DNA of 64,000 nt, from NCBI GenBank assembly GCA_963834385.1, contig CAWIBO010000002.1, positions 32,001 to 96,000 on the forward strand. Direction: 5' to 3'. Under the pieces are notes generated by a model, which saw only the letters and a list, made by a program, of their open reading frames with translations, was not told the DNA's origin and did no database searches. The translations under genes were made by a program, and so were the position numbers. Shown piece by piece: positions 28,002-40,940 of the stretch; within the stretch, counting starts at the first letter, position 1; every line of letters begins with the position of its first letter. The DNA comes from an uncultured Verrucomicrobiae bacterium (GTDB lineage: Bacteria; Verrucomicrobiota; Verrucomicrobiia; Chthoniobacterales; UBA10450).

Positions 28002-29831
28002 CTAACCGAAGATCACGAGATGAATTTCCTGGGGCAGATCGGCGGCCACGTTCGTGACCACGCTGCCGCGCAGGAGCTTGGTCATGGCGTTCCGCTGGGA
28101 AGCGCCAATGATGAGGTAATCGACCCCCATGGTCGCGGAAAGATCGAGAATCGTGGCGGCCGCGTTCTCGCTCACGGCGTAGACGGGCAGGACGCTGACG
28201 CCGCGTTCCTCGCCCATCTTCAGCATGGCCGTCATAATGGCGTTGGCCTCGGGATCGTCCTGCCAGCGGGCGCCCCGGGCCAGGACGGAAGGAGCGGCTG
28301 AGAAATAGACCGCCACTTCCTTCACGAAAAGGACGCAAAGCACCGCTTTCCGTAGTTGCGCCTCGTCGAGGGCAAACCCTAGGACCGGGGTGATGCCGCG
28401 GGCCGCGACCATGATCTTCTGGCCCTCGGCGAAGCGGGGCTGGAGGGCGGTCGGCAGCTCCGGGGTCACCATCTCGGCCACGCCGCGCGTGACCGTGACG
28501 GTCTTGAGCCCGGAAAGTTTGTGTGAATAGGCGCGCATGGCGTAGCCGCCGCCCAGGACGCAGATGGCAAAGAAAAGCGCATCCGGCTTGGTTTTGGCGA
28601 TGGTCAGTTCCACCGCGGCCAGGACCAGGAAGGTCAGGCCCATGATGACCCGCTGCGGCCATTTCAGGTCGAGGTGTTTGTTGAAGGTGCAGGCGCCGAG
28701 ATTGACCGCGATGGCTCCGACCACGCCGATGGCATAAAGACCGGCCAGACCCTCGAACTCCTTGGTCACGGCGAGGATGAGAATGGGAATGCCTATCGCG
28801 ATATAAAGCGGAAGAGTCGGCACGCCATGGCGGTTCAGGCGGGTGAGTTGCCGCGGCATCTCGCCATCCTGCGCCATCATGTAGATGACGCCGATCAGTG
28901 CCACCACCGCGGTGTTGACCGCGCTGAAAAGGAGCAGGCCGAAAACGGCGCCGACGACAAAGCCGAGCCCATGCCCGACCGCGGCTCCGCCCAGCAATCC
29001 ACCGTAGTGCTCGGCGAGGAAACGGAGCATGTCCTCCTTGTGCGAGGCGAGGACGCCGGAAAGACTCGTTGGGATCGACAACATGGCCCAGCCGAGCAAA
29101 ATCGTGCCGAGAACAACCTCGACCGCGACCGGCACGATGGCTTTGGTGGCGGTCTTTTTGACCGTCGGCTTCGCGGGATCGGAGCCGGCATCCGGTTTCA
29201 TGACCCCGGTGATGTTGGCCACCGCCTCGACGCCGCTCAGGGCCAGGATCACGCCGACGAACGCGATCCAGGTCTGGCCCAGGTCGGTGTGGCGCGGCTC
29301 GAAGTATTCCGTGGTCAGGTGAGGCGAGCTGAGAAGGATGATCATGACCACCACCCCGACCGCGGGCAGGGCCAGCCAGAGCGAGACGCTCCCGCTGTGT
29401 TTCGGCCCGAAAAAGTTGATCACCCCGACGATGAGAATCAGAACCATCGTGGCGACCGGCGCGTGACTGGCGGGCACGCCGAAATAACTCACGGCCGCCC
29501 AGCCACTGAGGGCGGCCGTGACCATGAAATTGGCGACGAGGAGGAGCGCGCCGGTCGAGGCCAAAAAGCGGCTTTGCCGGCGGGCAGCCGAATAAACGCC
29601 GCCGCCGTCGGGGAAGTGCGTGCAGACGATGATGTAATTGTAAGCCACCACCGCAGTAAGGATGCAGACCGCGAGAATGATCGGAAATGAGGAGAAGCCG
29701 GCCGCGATAAAGGCCAGGCCGATGACGTAGGCCTTGCTCGTTCCCCAGTCGCCGTAAAGAAGCGCGGCCGCCCGCTTCCAATCGACGTTGCGCGGCCGGT
29801 GGACGCCGGGCTCAGGAATGGGCGTGGCCAT
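28002..29831 (-). CDS. APC family permease fused to a C-terminal universal stress protein domain
   Basis: LYGDWGTSKAY, GGGVYS, LSGVEAVAN, about 12 TM helices; C-terminal LIIGASQR...LRGSV. Confidence 0.88.
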   Translation of the reverse strand: MATPIPEPGVHRPRNVDWKRAAALLYGDWGTSKAYVIGLAFIAAGFSSFPIILAVCILTAVVAYNYIIVCTHFPDGGGVYSAARRQSRFLASTGALLLVANFMVTAALSGWAAVSYFGVPASHAPVATMVLILIVGVINFFGPKHSGSVSLWLALPAVGVVVMIILLSSPHLTTEYFEPRHTDLGQTWIAFVGVILALSGVEAVANITGVMKPDAGSDPAKPTVKKTATKAIVPVAVEVVLGTILLGWAMLSIPTSLSGVLASHKEDMLRFLAEHYGGLLGGAAVGHGLGFVVGAVFGLLLFSAVNTAVVALIGVIYMMAQDGEMPRQLTRLNRHGVPTLPLYIAIGIPILILAVTKEFEGLAGLYAIGVVGAIAVNLGACTFNKHLDLKWPQRVIMGLTFLVLAAVELTIAKTKPDALFFAICVLGGGYAMRAYSHKLSGLKTVTVTRGVAEMVTPELPTALQPRFAEGQKIMVAARGITPVLGFALDEAQLRKAVLCVLFVKEVAVYFSAAPSVLARGARWQDDPEANAIMTAMLKMGEERGVSVLPVYAVSENAAATILDLSATMGVDYLIIGASQRNAMTKLLRGSVVTNVAADLPQEIHLVIFG

Positions 29832-29931
29832 GGTCTAACTCGCGCGCTGGGCGAAAAACGGCCGGGGAACTGCCGGAAAGGCGCTCTGGGAAAGGTGATC
29901 CACTGGAGGAGGCTGGGGTTTTCGCATGAAC

Positions 29932-31005
29932 TCAACCGCGGTGCAAACCAGGGGCAGGCTTGAGCTCGGCCAAAACCTCGATCTCCGCAGTCTGCGGGAA
30001 CATATCGAAGGGAGTGATTGAGCGCGCGACGTAATGTTCGCCCAGGTCCAGAAGATCGCGCGCGAGCGTGGCCGGATTGCAGGAAATGTAAAGCAACGTC
30101 CCGGGCGTCTGGCGCCGGAGGATGTCCCGGACGGCCGGATCGAGGCCCGCCGCCGGCGGATCGACAATGACCGTTGTGTGGGGCAGCGGAGCCGCCCGGA
30201 GGATCTTCTGAAGCTCCGCCGCGACGTCACCCGCATGATATTCCTCGTTCGGCCCTGCCCCCGCCCTGGCGGCCTCCACCGCGAACCGGTCCCAGTCGAT
30301 GCCCACGCCCCGCGCAGCCCGGTCCGCCGCACCGCGGAGGAAGAAGCCGGCGCCGCAGTAGGCGTCGACGAGCAGCTCCTGCCCCTCCGGGATGAGCGAA
30401 CGGACCTGCTCAAGGAGGAGCGCGGCCACCTCATCGTTGGTCTGCTCGAAGACGCGGGGTCCGCCGCCCGCGCGCAAGGTGTAATGGCCGGGCCGCGGCC
30501 GCTCCCGGCGCAGGGCGGAAAGTTTCGCGTTCACCTCCTCCTGCGCAATCGGGCAGCGTTCGATGTCGAGGAGGACGTGCTCCTGCCGGCGGTAAAAGCC
30601 GATGACGCCACCTTCGGAGTGAACGGTGATGCGGTTGCGATAACCGTAGGGGTGCGGGGAGGCCACCATCGGGCGCATGGGCACCTCTGGAAGACGGCCG
30701 AGGCGCTGCAGCGTTTGTTCCACCTGGCGCGCCTTGACCTGCAACTGGCGATCGTAGGCCATGTGCTGGTAACTGCATCCGCCGCAGGCGCCAAAATAGG
30801 GGCAGCCGGGTTCAACCCGGTCGGGCGAAGCCAGGAGCAGCTCCGTCATCTCGGCCTCCGCGAACCGTTTTTTTTCACGCACCACCTGGGCCGAGATTTT
30901 TTCGCCGGTAATGGTCAGGGGCACAAAGACCGTCTTGCCTTCGTGCCGCCCGACACCGGCCCCGCCAAAGGCAATATCGTGAATCTCGAGGGCGATCTTC
31001 TCCAT
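29932..31005 (-). CDS. RlmD/TrmA-family RNA m5U methyltransferase with TRAM domain
   Basis: TRAM N-terminus, CPYFGACGGC, FEQTN, DAYCGAG, VDPP, YISCNPATLARD, DMFPQT. Confidence 0.9.
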   Translation of the reverse strand: MEKIALEIHDIAFGGAGVGRHEGKTVFVPLTITGEKISAQVVREKKRFAEAEMTELLLASPDRVEPGCPYFGACGGCSYQHMAYDRQLQVKARQVEQTLQRLGRLPEVPMRPMVASPHPYGYRNRITVHSEGGVIGFYRRQEHVLLDIERCPIAQEEVNAKLSALRRERPRPGHYTLRAGGGPRVFEQTNDEVAALLLEQVRSLIPEGQELLVDAYCGAGFFLRGAADRAARGVGIDWDRFAVEAARAGAGPNEEYHAGDVAAELQKILRAAPLPHTTVIVDPPAAGLDPAVRDILRRQTPGTLLYISCNPATLARDLLDLGEHYVARSITPFDMFPQTAEIEVLAELKPAPGLHRG

Positions 31006-31079
31006 GGCAGCGCCCTCAGGCGGGAGACAAAGCCTGGTCGACCGGCCGAAGAAGGCGAACGGGTGCGCCGGGGAACCCG

Positions 31080-31487
31080 CTAATAATGCCGGGTGTAGGG
31101 ATACTTCGACTCGTAGCCCAGCTCGGGCGGAAACTCCGAGAAACCGGCGTGTTTCCAGTGGGTGTCGCTGGGCAGGATCGGCATGTAGCCGTCGCGATGC
31201 ATCGGGATGGGCCAGAAAAGAAACTCGTAAAGACCGATGCCGAACCGGGCCACGGTCCGCCGGATGCCGCGGACAACCCCGTAGGAGGCCGCGGCAGCGT
31301 TGCCTTCGCGGTCATTGATGTAGGCAATCTGGTGCGGGATCTCGGTCGCGCCCATGAACATGTTGGACACGCCACGGCTGAATTTGCGCGTTGGTCCGTA
31401 ATCGTTCCCCGGCGGATCGTGGATATCGGCCCGGGCAAAGGCGAGCAGGAGGAGGCTGGAGGCGAAAGCGACGGCAAAAGTCTTCAT
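31080..31487 (-). CDS. Exosortase-system-associated protein, TIGR04073-like
   Basis: Signal peptide, then RKFSRGVSNMFMGATEIP...GxxRTVARFGIGLYEFLFWP. Confidence 0.7.
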   Translation of the reverse strand: MKTFAVAFASSLLLLAFARADIHDPPGNDYGPTRKFSRGVSNMFMGATEIPHQIAYINDREGNAAAASYGVVRGIRRTVARFGIGLYEFLFWPIPMHRDGYMPILPSDTHWKHAGFSEFPPELGYESKYPYTRHY

Positions 31488-31503
31488 ACGCGTTCCCGAA
31501 ACT

Positions 31504-32469
31504 CTAGGTAATCGGGGGGATGGGGGCAATCTCCGATTTTGTCTCGGGCGAAAGGGGGGGCTGGCCGCGGGTGGCCCGGAGCGAAATGAAGATGGTCACG
31601 CTGAGAACGGAAATGATGAAGGCCAGGGAAGCCCAGTTCGGCAGGTGATAAATGTCGCCGATCAACATTTTGATGCCGACGAAGGAGAGGACAATGGCGA
31701 GACCCGTCTTCAGGTAAACGAACCGGTCGATGATGTGGGCCAGCAGAAAGTAAAGGGAACGCAGGCCGAGGATGGCGCAGACGTTGGAGGTATAAATGAT
31801 GAACTCGTTCTGGGTGATGGCAAAGACCGCCGGGATGGAGTCGACCGCAAAGACCAGGTCCATGGTCTCGATGACAACGAGGACAAGCGCGAGCGGGGTC
31901 AGCATCCAGCGGCCCTGTTGTTTCACAATGAACTGCTGCTCGTGATACTCCGGGGTGATGCGCATCCATCTCCGGCAAAGCCGCAGGACGAAATTGCTTT
32001 CGAGATCGATCTCCTCGCCCCGACTGAAGAGCATGCGCAGACCGGTCAGGAGCAGGAAGGCGCCAAAGATGTAGAGAATCCAGTGGAACCGGTTCACCAG
32101 GGCCACGCCGAGACCGATCATGGTGCCGCGCATGACCAGGGCGCCGAGGATGCCCCAGACCAGGACGCGGTGCTGGTAGCGCCGCCGCACCTGGAAATAG
32201 GTGAAGATCATCACGAAAACGAAGATGTTATCGACGCTGAGCGAGTACTCGATGATGTAGCCGGTGAGGAACTCGAGGGCGGCCTTGGAGCCGTACTGGT
32301 ACCAGACCAGGCCGTTGAACCCGAGGGAGAGGGTGACCCAGACGCCGGTCCAGATGGCGGCCTCGCGGGCTCCCACCACATGCGCCTTGCGGTTGAACCC
32401 AAAGAGGTCAATGGCGAGCACGGTGAAGACACCGACATGGAAAAAGACCCAGAACCAGATGCTCGTCAC
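31504..32469 (-). CDS. TerC/Alx family membrane protein
   Basis: EYSLSVDNIFVF, QHRVLVWGILGA, DLVFAVDSIPA, TSNVCAILGLRSLY; GTG start at 32469. Confidence 0.93.
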   Translation of the reverse strand: MTSIWFWVFFHVGVFTVLAIDLFGFNRKAHVVGAREAAIWTGVWVTLSLGFNGLVWYQYGSKAALEFLTGYIIEYSLSVDNIFVFVMIFTYFQVRRRYQHRVLVWGILGALVMRGTMIGLGVALVNRFHWILYIFGAFLLLTGLRMLFSRGEEIDLESNFVLRLCRRWMRITPEYHEQQFIVKQQGRWMLTPLALVLVVIETMDLVFAVDSIPAVFAITQNEFIIYTSNVCAILGLRSLYFLLAHIIDRFVYLKTGLAIVLSFVGIKMLIGDIYHLPNWASLAFIISVLSVTIFISLRATRGQPPLSPETKSEIAPIPPIT

Positions 32470-32567
32470 GGGCCGTAGCGTTCCACGACGGACACCGCCG
32501 CGCAAAAGATTAACGCGCGACTTTTTCCCTCGCCATCGGCCCGCTTCAACGTAGCTTTCCGGCTCGC

Positions 32568-34457
32568 ATGGATTCTGAACTCGCCAAGCTGGTGGAAGCG
32601 GCCAAACTCACGGAGAAGGCGGCCCAGAGGATCGAGCAGCTCAAGCCGGGCTCATTCTGCCTCCACAAAAGCTGGGGCTTTGGCCGGGTGGCTGATTGGA
32701 ACCTTCTCCTGAACCAGCTCGTGATCGATTTTCAGTCCAAGAAGGCGCACCCCATGCAGCTGGCCTACGCGGCCGAGCATGTCACCCCCATTCCCCCCGG
32801 GCATTTCCTCGCGCGCAAGGCGGACGATCTCGCGGCCATCAAGGCCGAGGTGAAAAGCGATCCTGCCGGCGTCGTCCGCAACATCCTGGAAGGCATGGGC
32901 GGCCGGGCCACCGTGACCCAGATCAGCGAGGTCCTGGTCGGCGATGTCTTTACCGAGCCGGAATGGAAACGGTGGTGGGACTCGACCAAAAAACAGCTTA
33001 AGAGCACCGGTCTTTTCACCGTGCCGACGAAAAAGACCGAGCCGGTCCAGCTCCGGGGCGAAGCGGTCGCCCACGCGGACGAGCTGATCCAGGCGTTCAC
33101 CGAGGCGCGCCAGCCGAAAGACCAGGCCACCGCCCTCGACCAGATCATCAAATTTCACCACGATTTCAAGGAACCGGAAGCGCAGTTGCAGCCCCTGATC
33201 GGGATGCTGGAAGAGTCGGCGGCCAAAAACCAGAAACTGCACCCGGCCCTTTCCTTCGAGCTGATCATCGGGCGGGACGATCTCCTGGCGCGCGCGTCGA
33301 AGCTGCGCCCGACCCGGCCGGAACTCACCCTGGCCAGACTGATCCTGGAGGAGGAGCCGCGGCTCGCCCTGATTTTGCCCAAGATGCCGGCCGGCAAGGA
33401 ACGCCGCGTCATCCAGGCTTTTCCCGCCGCCCTGGGCGACCGCTGGAAAGAGCGCGCGCTCAAGCTCATGCACGAGAACCAGCCGCGCCTGGTCTCGGCG
33501 GTGACCAGAGTGTTTGCCGAGACCGGTTGCCTGGCTGATTTGCATACCGCCTTCGAACGCAGCCTCCGGGAACGCTCGGCCACGAGCGAGATGCTGGCCT
33601 GGCTGATCAAGGAACGGGACGAAAAAGTGGTGAACCTGATCAATCCCGAGCTGCTCGTGGCCATCCTCGCGGCCATCGAACGCGACCAGCACAACGAAAG
33701 CCGGGGCAACCGCCTGCGCGATCTCCTGCTCGACGACAAACAGCTCGTGCCCGACATGTTTCGCGACGTGGAGCCGGAAGCCGCGCGGGATTCCATGCGG
33801 CGCCTGCAGCTCACCCCGGTCTTTGACGATCTGACCAAGCGTTCGCTCATGGCCCGGATCATCAAACTGTATCCGGAGATGGAGAGCCTGGTCTCGGGCG
33901 ACACACGGGAAGAGAAGGTCGAGGCGCTGATCGTATCCTGGAGCAGCCTGGACAAGCGCAAGACCGAGTACGAGGACCTGGTAAACAAGAAGATCCCGGA
34001 GAACACCAAGGAGATCGCCCTCGCCCGGTCGTATGGGGATCTGCGCGAGAATTTCGAGTTCAAGGCCGCCAAGGAAATGCAGGCCGTCCTGATGCGGCGC
34101 AAGACCGAGCTGGAGCAGATGCTGCACAGCGCCCGCGGCACCGGTTTTGAAAACCCCGATACCTCGCAGGTTTCCATCGGCACGATCGTGAGCCTGCGCG
34201 AGGAAAAATCGGGGCAGGAAGAAACCTACACAGTCCTGGGCGCCTGGGATGGCGACCCGGACCGTCATATTATTTCCTACAAGACGGTGATCGGGCAGGC
34301 GTTGCTGGGCCATCGTGCCGGGGAAGTGGTCGAGTTGAACACCGACCATGGCACCGGCCGCTTCACCATCCGCTCAATCGAGGCGGCGCCGCCCGACGAG
34401 GCACCGGCGGCGGAGATGGAATCAGTGGCTCTCGGCGAAGCCGCGGCCACGCGTTGA
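32568..34457 (+). CDS. greA: GreA/GreB family transcription elongation factor with a long N-terminal extension
   Basis: C-terminal [47 protein letters not shown]; about 450 extra N-terminal residues. Confidence 0.88.
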   Translation: MDSELAKLVEAAKLTEKAAQRIEQLKPGSFCLHKSWGFGRVADWNLLLNQLVIDFQSKKAHPMQLAYAAEHVTPIPPGHFLARKADDLAAIKAEVKSDPAGVVRNILEGMGGRATVTQISEVLVGDVFTEPEWKRWWDSTKKQLKSTGLFTVPTKKTEPVQLRGEAVAHADELIQAFTEARQPKDQATALDQIIKFHHDFKEPEAQLQPLIGMLEESAAKNQKLHPALSFELIIGRDDLLARASKLRPTRPELTLARLILEEEPRLALILPKMPAGKERRVIQAFPAALGDRWKERALKLMHENQPRLVSAVTRVFAETGCLADLHTAFERSLRERSATSEMLAWLIKERDEKVVNLINPELLVAILAAIERDQHNESRGNRLRDLLLDDKQLVPDMFRDVEPEAARDSMRRLQLTPVFDDLTKRSLMARIIKLYPEMESLVSGDTREEKVEALIVSWSSLDKRKTEYEDLVNKKIPENTKEIALARSYGDLRENFEFKAAKEMQAVLMRRKTELEQMLHSARGTGFENPDTSQVSIGTIVSLREEKSGQEETYTVLGAWDGDPDRHIISYKTVIGQALLGHRAGEVVELNTDHGTGRFTIRSIEAAPPDEAPAAEMESVALGEAAATR

Positions 34458-34546
34458 CGGACGGAGCCCGGCGAAATGGGCTTGCGGGCGGGGAGCGTCC
34501 CCCCGGATACTGGCCCGGCGGACAAGCGTGCCGCATTCCTCCCTTT

Positions 34547-36055
34547 ATGACCGACCCCATCCAACTGGCGCACGCTGATCATCCTCTTTTTCTGCTTCCC
34601 GGAATGGCCAACCGCCACGGCCTCGTCGCCGGGGCCACCGGCACGGGCAAGACGGTCACGCTGCAAACCATGGCCGAAGGTTTCAGTGAGCGAGGCATCC
34701 CGGTTTTCATGGCCGATGTCAAAGGCGATCTCGCTGGGATGAGCCGGCCCGGGGGGACGCACCCGAAGCTGGTGGAGCGCGCCAAGGAACTGGGCCTGAA
34801 GAACTATGCGGGGACGGCGTTCCCGGTCGTTTTTTGGGACATCTTCGGCGAACAGGGGCATCCGGTGCGCGCGACCGTTTCCGAGATGGGGCCGCTCCTG
34901 CTCGGGCGCCTGCTCGACCTGAACGAAACGCAGTCCGGGGTCCTGCATATCGTTTTCAAGGTGGCGGACGACAACGGGCTGCTCCTGCTCGATTTGAAAG
35001 ACCTGCGCTCCATGCTCCAGCATGTGGCGGAGAACGCCGGGGAGTTCAAAACCGAGTACGGGAATGTCTCGGCCGCCAGCGCGGGCGCCATCCAGCGCAG
35101 CCTGCTCGCCCTCGAGTCGCAGGGGGCGGAAAAGTTTTTTGGCGAGCCGGCCTTGAACCTTGATGACCTGATCCAGACGGCGGAGGGCGGCCGCGGGGTG
35201 ATCAATATCCTGGCGGCGGACAGGCTGATGCAGCAGTCGCCCAAGGTCTACTCGACTTTTCTTCTCTGGCTGCTTTCCGAGTTGTTCGAGAATCTCCCGG
35301 AAGTGGGCGACCCGGAGAAGCCCAGGCTCGTGTTCTTTTTCGACGAGGCCCACCTCCTTTTTTCCGACATCGAAGGGCATGTGCGCGAGAAGGTGGAACA
35401 GATGGTCCGGCTCATTCGATCGAAAGGGGTTGGCGTTTATTTCGTGAGCCAGAATCCGCTCGATATCCCGGATGTCGTCCTCGGGCAGCTTGGGAACAGG
35501 GTGCAGCACGCGCTGCGCGCCTTTACTCCGCGCGACCAGAAGGCGGTCAAGGCGGCTGCGGAAACGTTTCGCCAGAATGAGAAACTCGATGTCACGGCCG
35601 TCCTGACCGAATTGAAGGTGGGCGAGGCGCTTGTCTCGCTGCTCGACGAACAGGGGGCGCCGCGGGTGGTTGAGCGTGCCAAAATCCTCCCGCCGCGGAG
35701 CCAGCTTGGCGCGATTACTCCGGAACAGCGGCAGCAGACCATGCAATCCTCCGTTTTACAGGGGCACTACGAGAAATCCGTCGACCGCGAGTCCGCCTAC
35801 GAAAAGCTGAAGGCCAGCGCGGAAGCGAAGACCGCGGCCGCGGGCGAGAGTGCCGCGGCGCCGCCGCAAGGCGGAGGCGGGTCCACCCTTGGGAAACTTT
35901 TCGCACCGGAGATCGGGCCGCGCGGCGGACGTCGCGACAGCATGGCCACGAGCATCGTCAAAAGCGTGGTCCGTTCCACCGGGACCCAGATTGGTCGCGA
36001 GATTATGCGCGGTCTGATGGGCGGCCTGCTCGGTCGCGGTTCCCGCCGCCGGTAG
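34547..36055 (+). CDS. DUF853 / HerA-like ATPase (YjgR family)
   Basis: [50 protein letters not shown]. Confidence 0.93.
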   Translation: MTDPIQLAHADHPLFLLPGMANRHGLVAGATGTGKTVTLQTMAEGFSERGIPVFMADVKGDLAGMSRPGGTHPKLVERAKELGLKNYAGTAFPVVFWDIFGEQGHPVRATVSEMGPLLLGRLLDLNETQSGVLHIVFKVADDNGLLLLDLKDLRSMLQHVAENAGEFKTEYGNVSAASAGAIQRSLLALESQGAEKFFGEPALNLDDLIQTAEGGRGVINILAADRLMQQSPKVYSTFLLWLLSELFENLPEVGDPEKPRLVFFFDEAHLLFSDIEGHVREKVEQMVRLIRSKGVGVYFVSQNPLDIPDVVLGQLGNRVQHALRAFTPRDQKAVKAAAETFRQNEKLDVTAVLTELKVGEALVSLLDEQGAPRVVERAKILPPRSQLGAITPEQRQQTMQSSVLQGHYEKSVDRESAYEKLKASAEAKTAAAGESAAAPPQGGGGSTLGKLFAPEIGPRGGRRDSMATSIVKSVVRSTGTQIGREIMRGLMGGLLGRGSRRR

Positions 36056-36059
36056 CAAC

Positions 36060-36355
36060 GGTAGGGCGAGACTCCGTCGAGCCTGGGAGCAGGGGTGGTC
36101 TCGCCGCACGTTTTTCGCGAGGTCCCTCGCTGGCGCTCGGGATGACGGGAGGCTTGCAGGAAACGCAGTTAAGTGCGCGACGCGAAATCCCGTGTCATCC
36201 CGAGCCGCGCAGACGGCGAGGGACCCCACATAGAAAGGACAGGCTTCGCTCCCGCGGGAGAGGTCGCCCGCGTGTTTCCCCCATGTTTTGACGCTTCGAG
36301 AGTAGCCTCGCCGCACGTTGTTCGCGAGGTCCCTCGCTGGCGCTCGGGATGACGG
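36060..36355. repeat. Composite intergenic repeat mosaic C
   Basis: R4 at 36060-36090; two near-identical 49-bp reverse R2 copies at 36100-36148 and 36307-36355; a forward R2 variant at 36193-36225. Confidence 0.9.
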
Positions 36356-36373
36356 AGCGCGCGGAATCGTCCT

Positions 36374-36559
36374 CTACGGCACGATCGGACCGGTGAACAG
36401 CGCCACCATCGTCCAGCCCACATAGAGCACGATGGCAGCCGCAACCACGGTCAAAACCAGACGAAGGAAAACCGGCATCTGTTTGCGCCGTCGCACCACC
36501 ACGAGGAAGGCGAGAGCGGTCAGTCCGGCAAGAAACCAAAAGATCAGGGCGGTGGTCAT
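36374..36559 (-). CDS. Small two-TM membrane protein
   Basis: Two hydrophobic helices separated by RRRK; TAGAAT -10-like hexamer about 20 nt upstream. Confidence 0.55.
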   Translation of the reverse strand: MTTALIFWFLAGLTALAFLVVVRRRKQMPVFLRLVLTVVAAAIVLYVGWTMVALFTGPIVP

Positions 36560-36651
36560 GGGATATCAGGGAGGCGCCATTCTACACCGGGCCGGGAAAC
36601 TGTCGCCTGCGAAACGGGCGGAGCCGGGGTGGGCGGCGGCAACGGTGCCCG

Positions 36652-37164
36652 CTAATCGGAGGCCGGGGCGGGCACGGTCCGGATCCCGACGCGGCCGACA
36701 TAGTCGTCGGCCTGGAGAAGGTCGTTCCCGGCACGCTGCACGATCTTGAGCAGGGTATCCATGGAGGAGACTTCCTCGAGTTGCTCGGCCAGGAACCACT
36801 GCAGAAAATTGATGGTGATGTAGTCGTCCTCCTTGCGAGCCAGCGCGACGAGGGCGTTGATCTGATGGGTGACCTTGACCTCCTGGTCGAGCGAGAGCTG
36901 GATGGCGGCCTCGGGATCCTTGAATTTCGACTTGGGGGCCTCGAGAGCGGGGATGGATACGCGTCCGCCGGCATCCACGACATATTTCATGAAGCGCAGG
37001 GCGTGGTCCTTTTCCTCCTCGGCCTGCTTGAAGAAATGGGCGGAGAGCTGGGGGAGAGCCTCGGCCGCGAAATGGGCGGCGATGGCATAATACTGGAGGG
37101 AGGCGCTGAACTCGTAACCGATCTGTTCGTTGATGGCGTTGACGACCTTTTTTCCGATGAGCAT
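36652..37164 (-). CDS. Non-heme ferritin
   Basis: INEQIGYEFSASLQY, QAEEEKDHA, EVKVTHQIN, FLQWFLAEQLEE; ATG at 37164. Confidence 0.93.
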   Translation of the reverse strand: MLIGKKVVNAINEQIGYEFSASLQYYAIAAHFAAEALPQLSAHFFKQAEEEKDHALRFMKYVVDAGGRVSIPALEAPKSKFKDPEAAIQLSLDQEVKVTHQINALVALARKEDDYITINFLQWFLAEQLEEVSSMDTLLKIVQRAGNDLLQADDYVGRVGIRTVPAPASD

Positions 37165-37243
37165 GGGGTGGGGATCCTTTCCCCGGGTACTTACGGCAGG
37201 GCGGGGAGGGGATAAAGGCGAAAGTGCCGTTGGGGGGTGAAGG

Positions 37244-37279
37244 CAAAAGGCCCGGTGAGAAATCTCACCGGGCCTTTTG
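37244..37279. terminator. Rho-independent terminator after 5S rRNA (symmetric, potentially bidirectional)
   Basis: CAAAAGGCCCGGTGAGA-AA-TCTCACCGGGCCTTTTG, a perfect inverted repeat. Confidence 0.88.
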
Positions 37280-37280
37280 T

Positions 37281-37396
37281 TCTGGCGACGTCCTACTCTC
37301 GCACAACCTATCGTCGCACTACCATCGGGGCTGCAGCGTTTCACTTCCGTGTTCGGAATGGGAACGGGTGGGGCCACTGCGCTATGGTCACCAGAG
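37281..37396 (-). rRNA. rrf: 5S rRNA
   Basis: Reverse complement contains CCCGTTCCCATTCCGAACACGGAAGTGAA and GAGAGTAGGACGTCGCCAG; terminal stem CTGGTGAC/GTCGCCAG. Confidence 0.97.
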
Positions 37397-37583
37397 GGCG
37401 GAGCCGCGCGGGGGCGCGAGGCCGAATCTCTGGCGACCGACTGAGAAAGAACCTGACTGGTTCTCTGATATCTACATACAGGAAGTGTTCCGCACAATTG
37501 GAAGGCTTCGTTTTATTTTCAAGTCATTCCCCTCTGTTGGCCGCTGCATCCTTGCGGACGCAGCGGGTTAACAGAAAAGTAAA

Positions 37584-40444
<2,861 letters not shown>

Positions 40445-40763
40445 ATCTGTTCCGGTCCCGGCTTTCGCCAGAACCAGAGATTTTTTATGATAACTGAAAC
40501 TCTCACGGGCCAGGGATCTTACCCCCCGGCCGTTTATTTCAGACTCAGCTCTTCAAAGTTGTACTTACTTACTACCCTGTATGTAGATATCAAAGAACCA
40601 GCGGTCCCAGCACCATTTCAGCCCACAAAAAAACCCAACCCTGTCTTCCGACTCAAAAACGTTTCCGTTCAACAGCCGGGACAAAATTGAGTTCCAATTT
40701 GCAGTCCCAAAATGTGCAAGAACCACCCCGGCTTTGCCGAGGCCCGCTTTCGGCGGGACGAAG

Positions 40764-40791
40764 AAAATAACCCGCCCCGCCTTTCCGTCAA
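40764..40791 (-). promoter_or_regulatory. Putative sigma70 promoter for the 23S-5S unit
   Basis: Minus strand TTGACG-N16-TATTTT, about 320 bp upstream of the 23S 5' end. Confidence 0.55.
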
Positions 40792-40940
40792 CGCCGGAAA
40801 TGAAGATTTTTCGAAAAATCTCTCCCGGCCGAAGCCTCCGGGAGGAAGCACTTTAGGTTGCCCCCCTCCCCGAACAAGCCCGGCCACCCCAAAAAAAGTT
40901 AAGAGGACTGCCCAGGCCGCCGGCGCCGTATTCCCTCTGT

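Noticed and set aside
29832..29931. c-di-AMP (ydaO) riboswitch before the APC-USP gene
   Set aside because: Too short, and the conserved elements are not seen.
32470..32567. yybP-ykoY riboswitch before terC
   Set aside because: The gap is under 100 bp, is shared with divergent greA, and has no recognisable motif.
36100..36355. CRISPR array
   Set aside because: Only two 49-bp direct copies about 160 bp apart, the same family is dispersed elsewhere in both orientations, and there are no cas genes.
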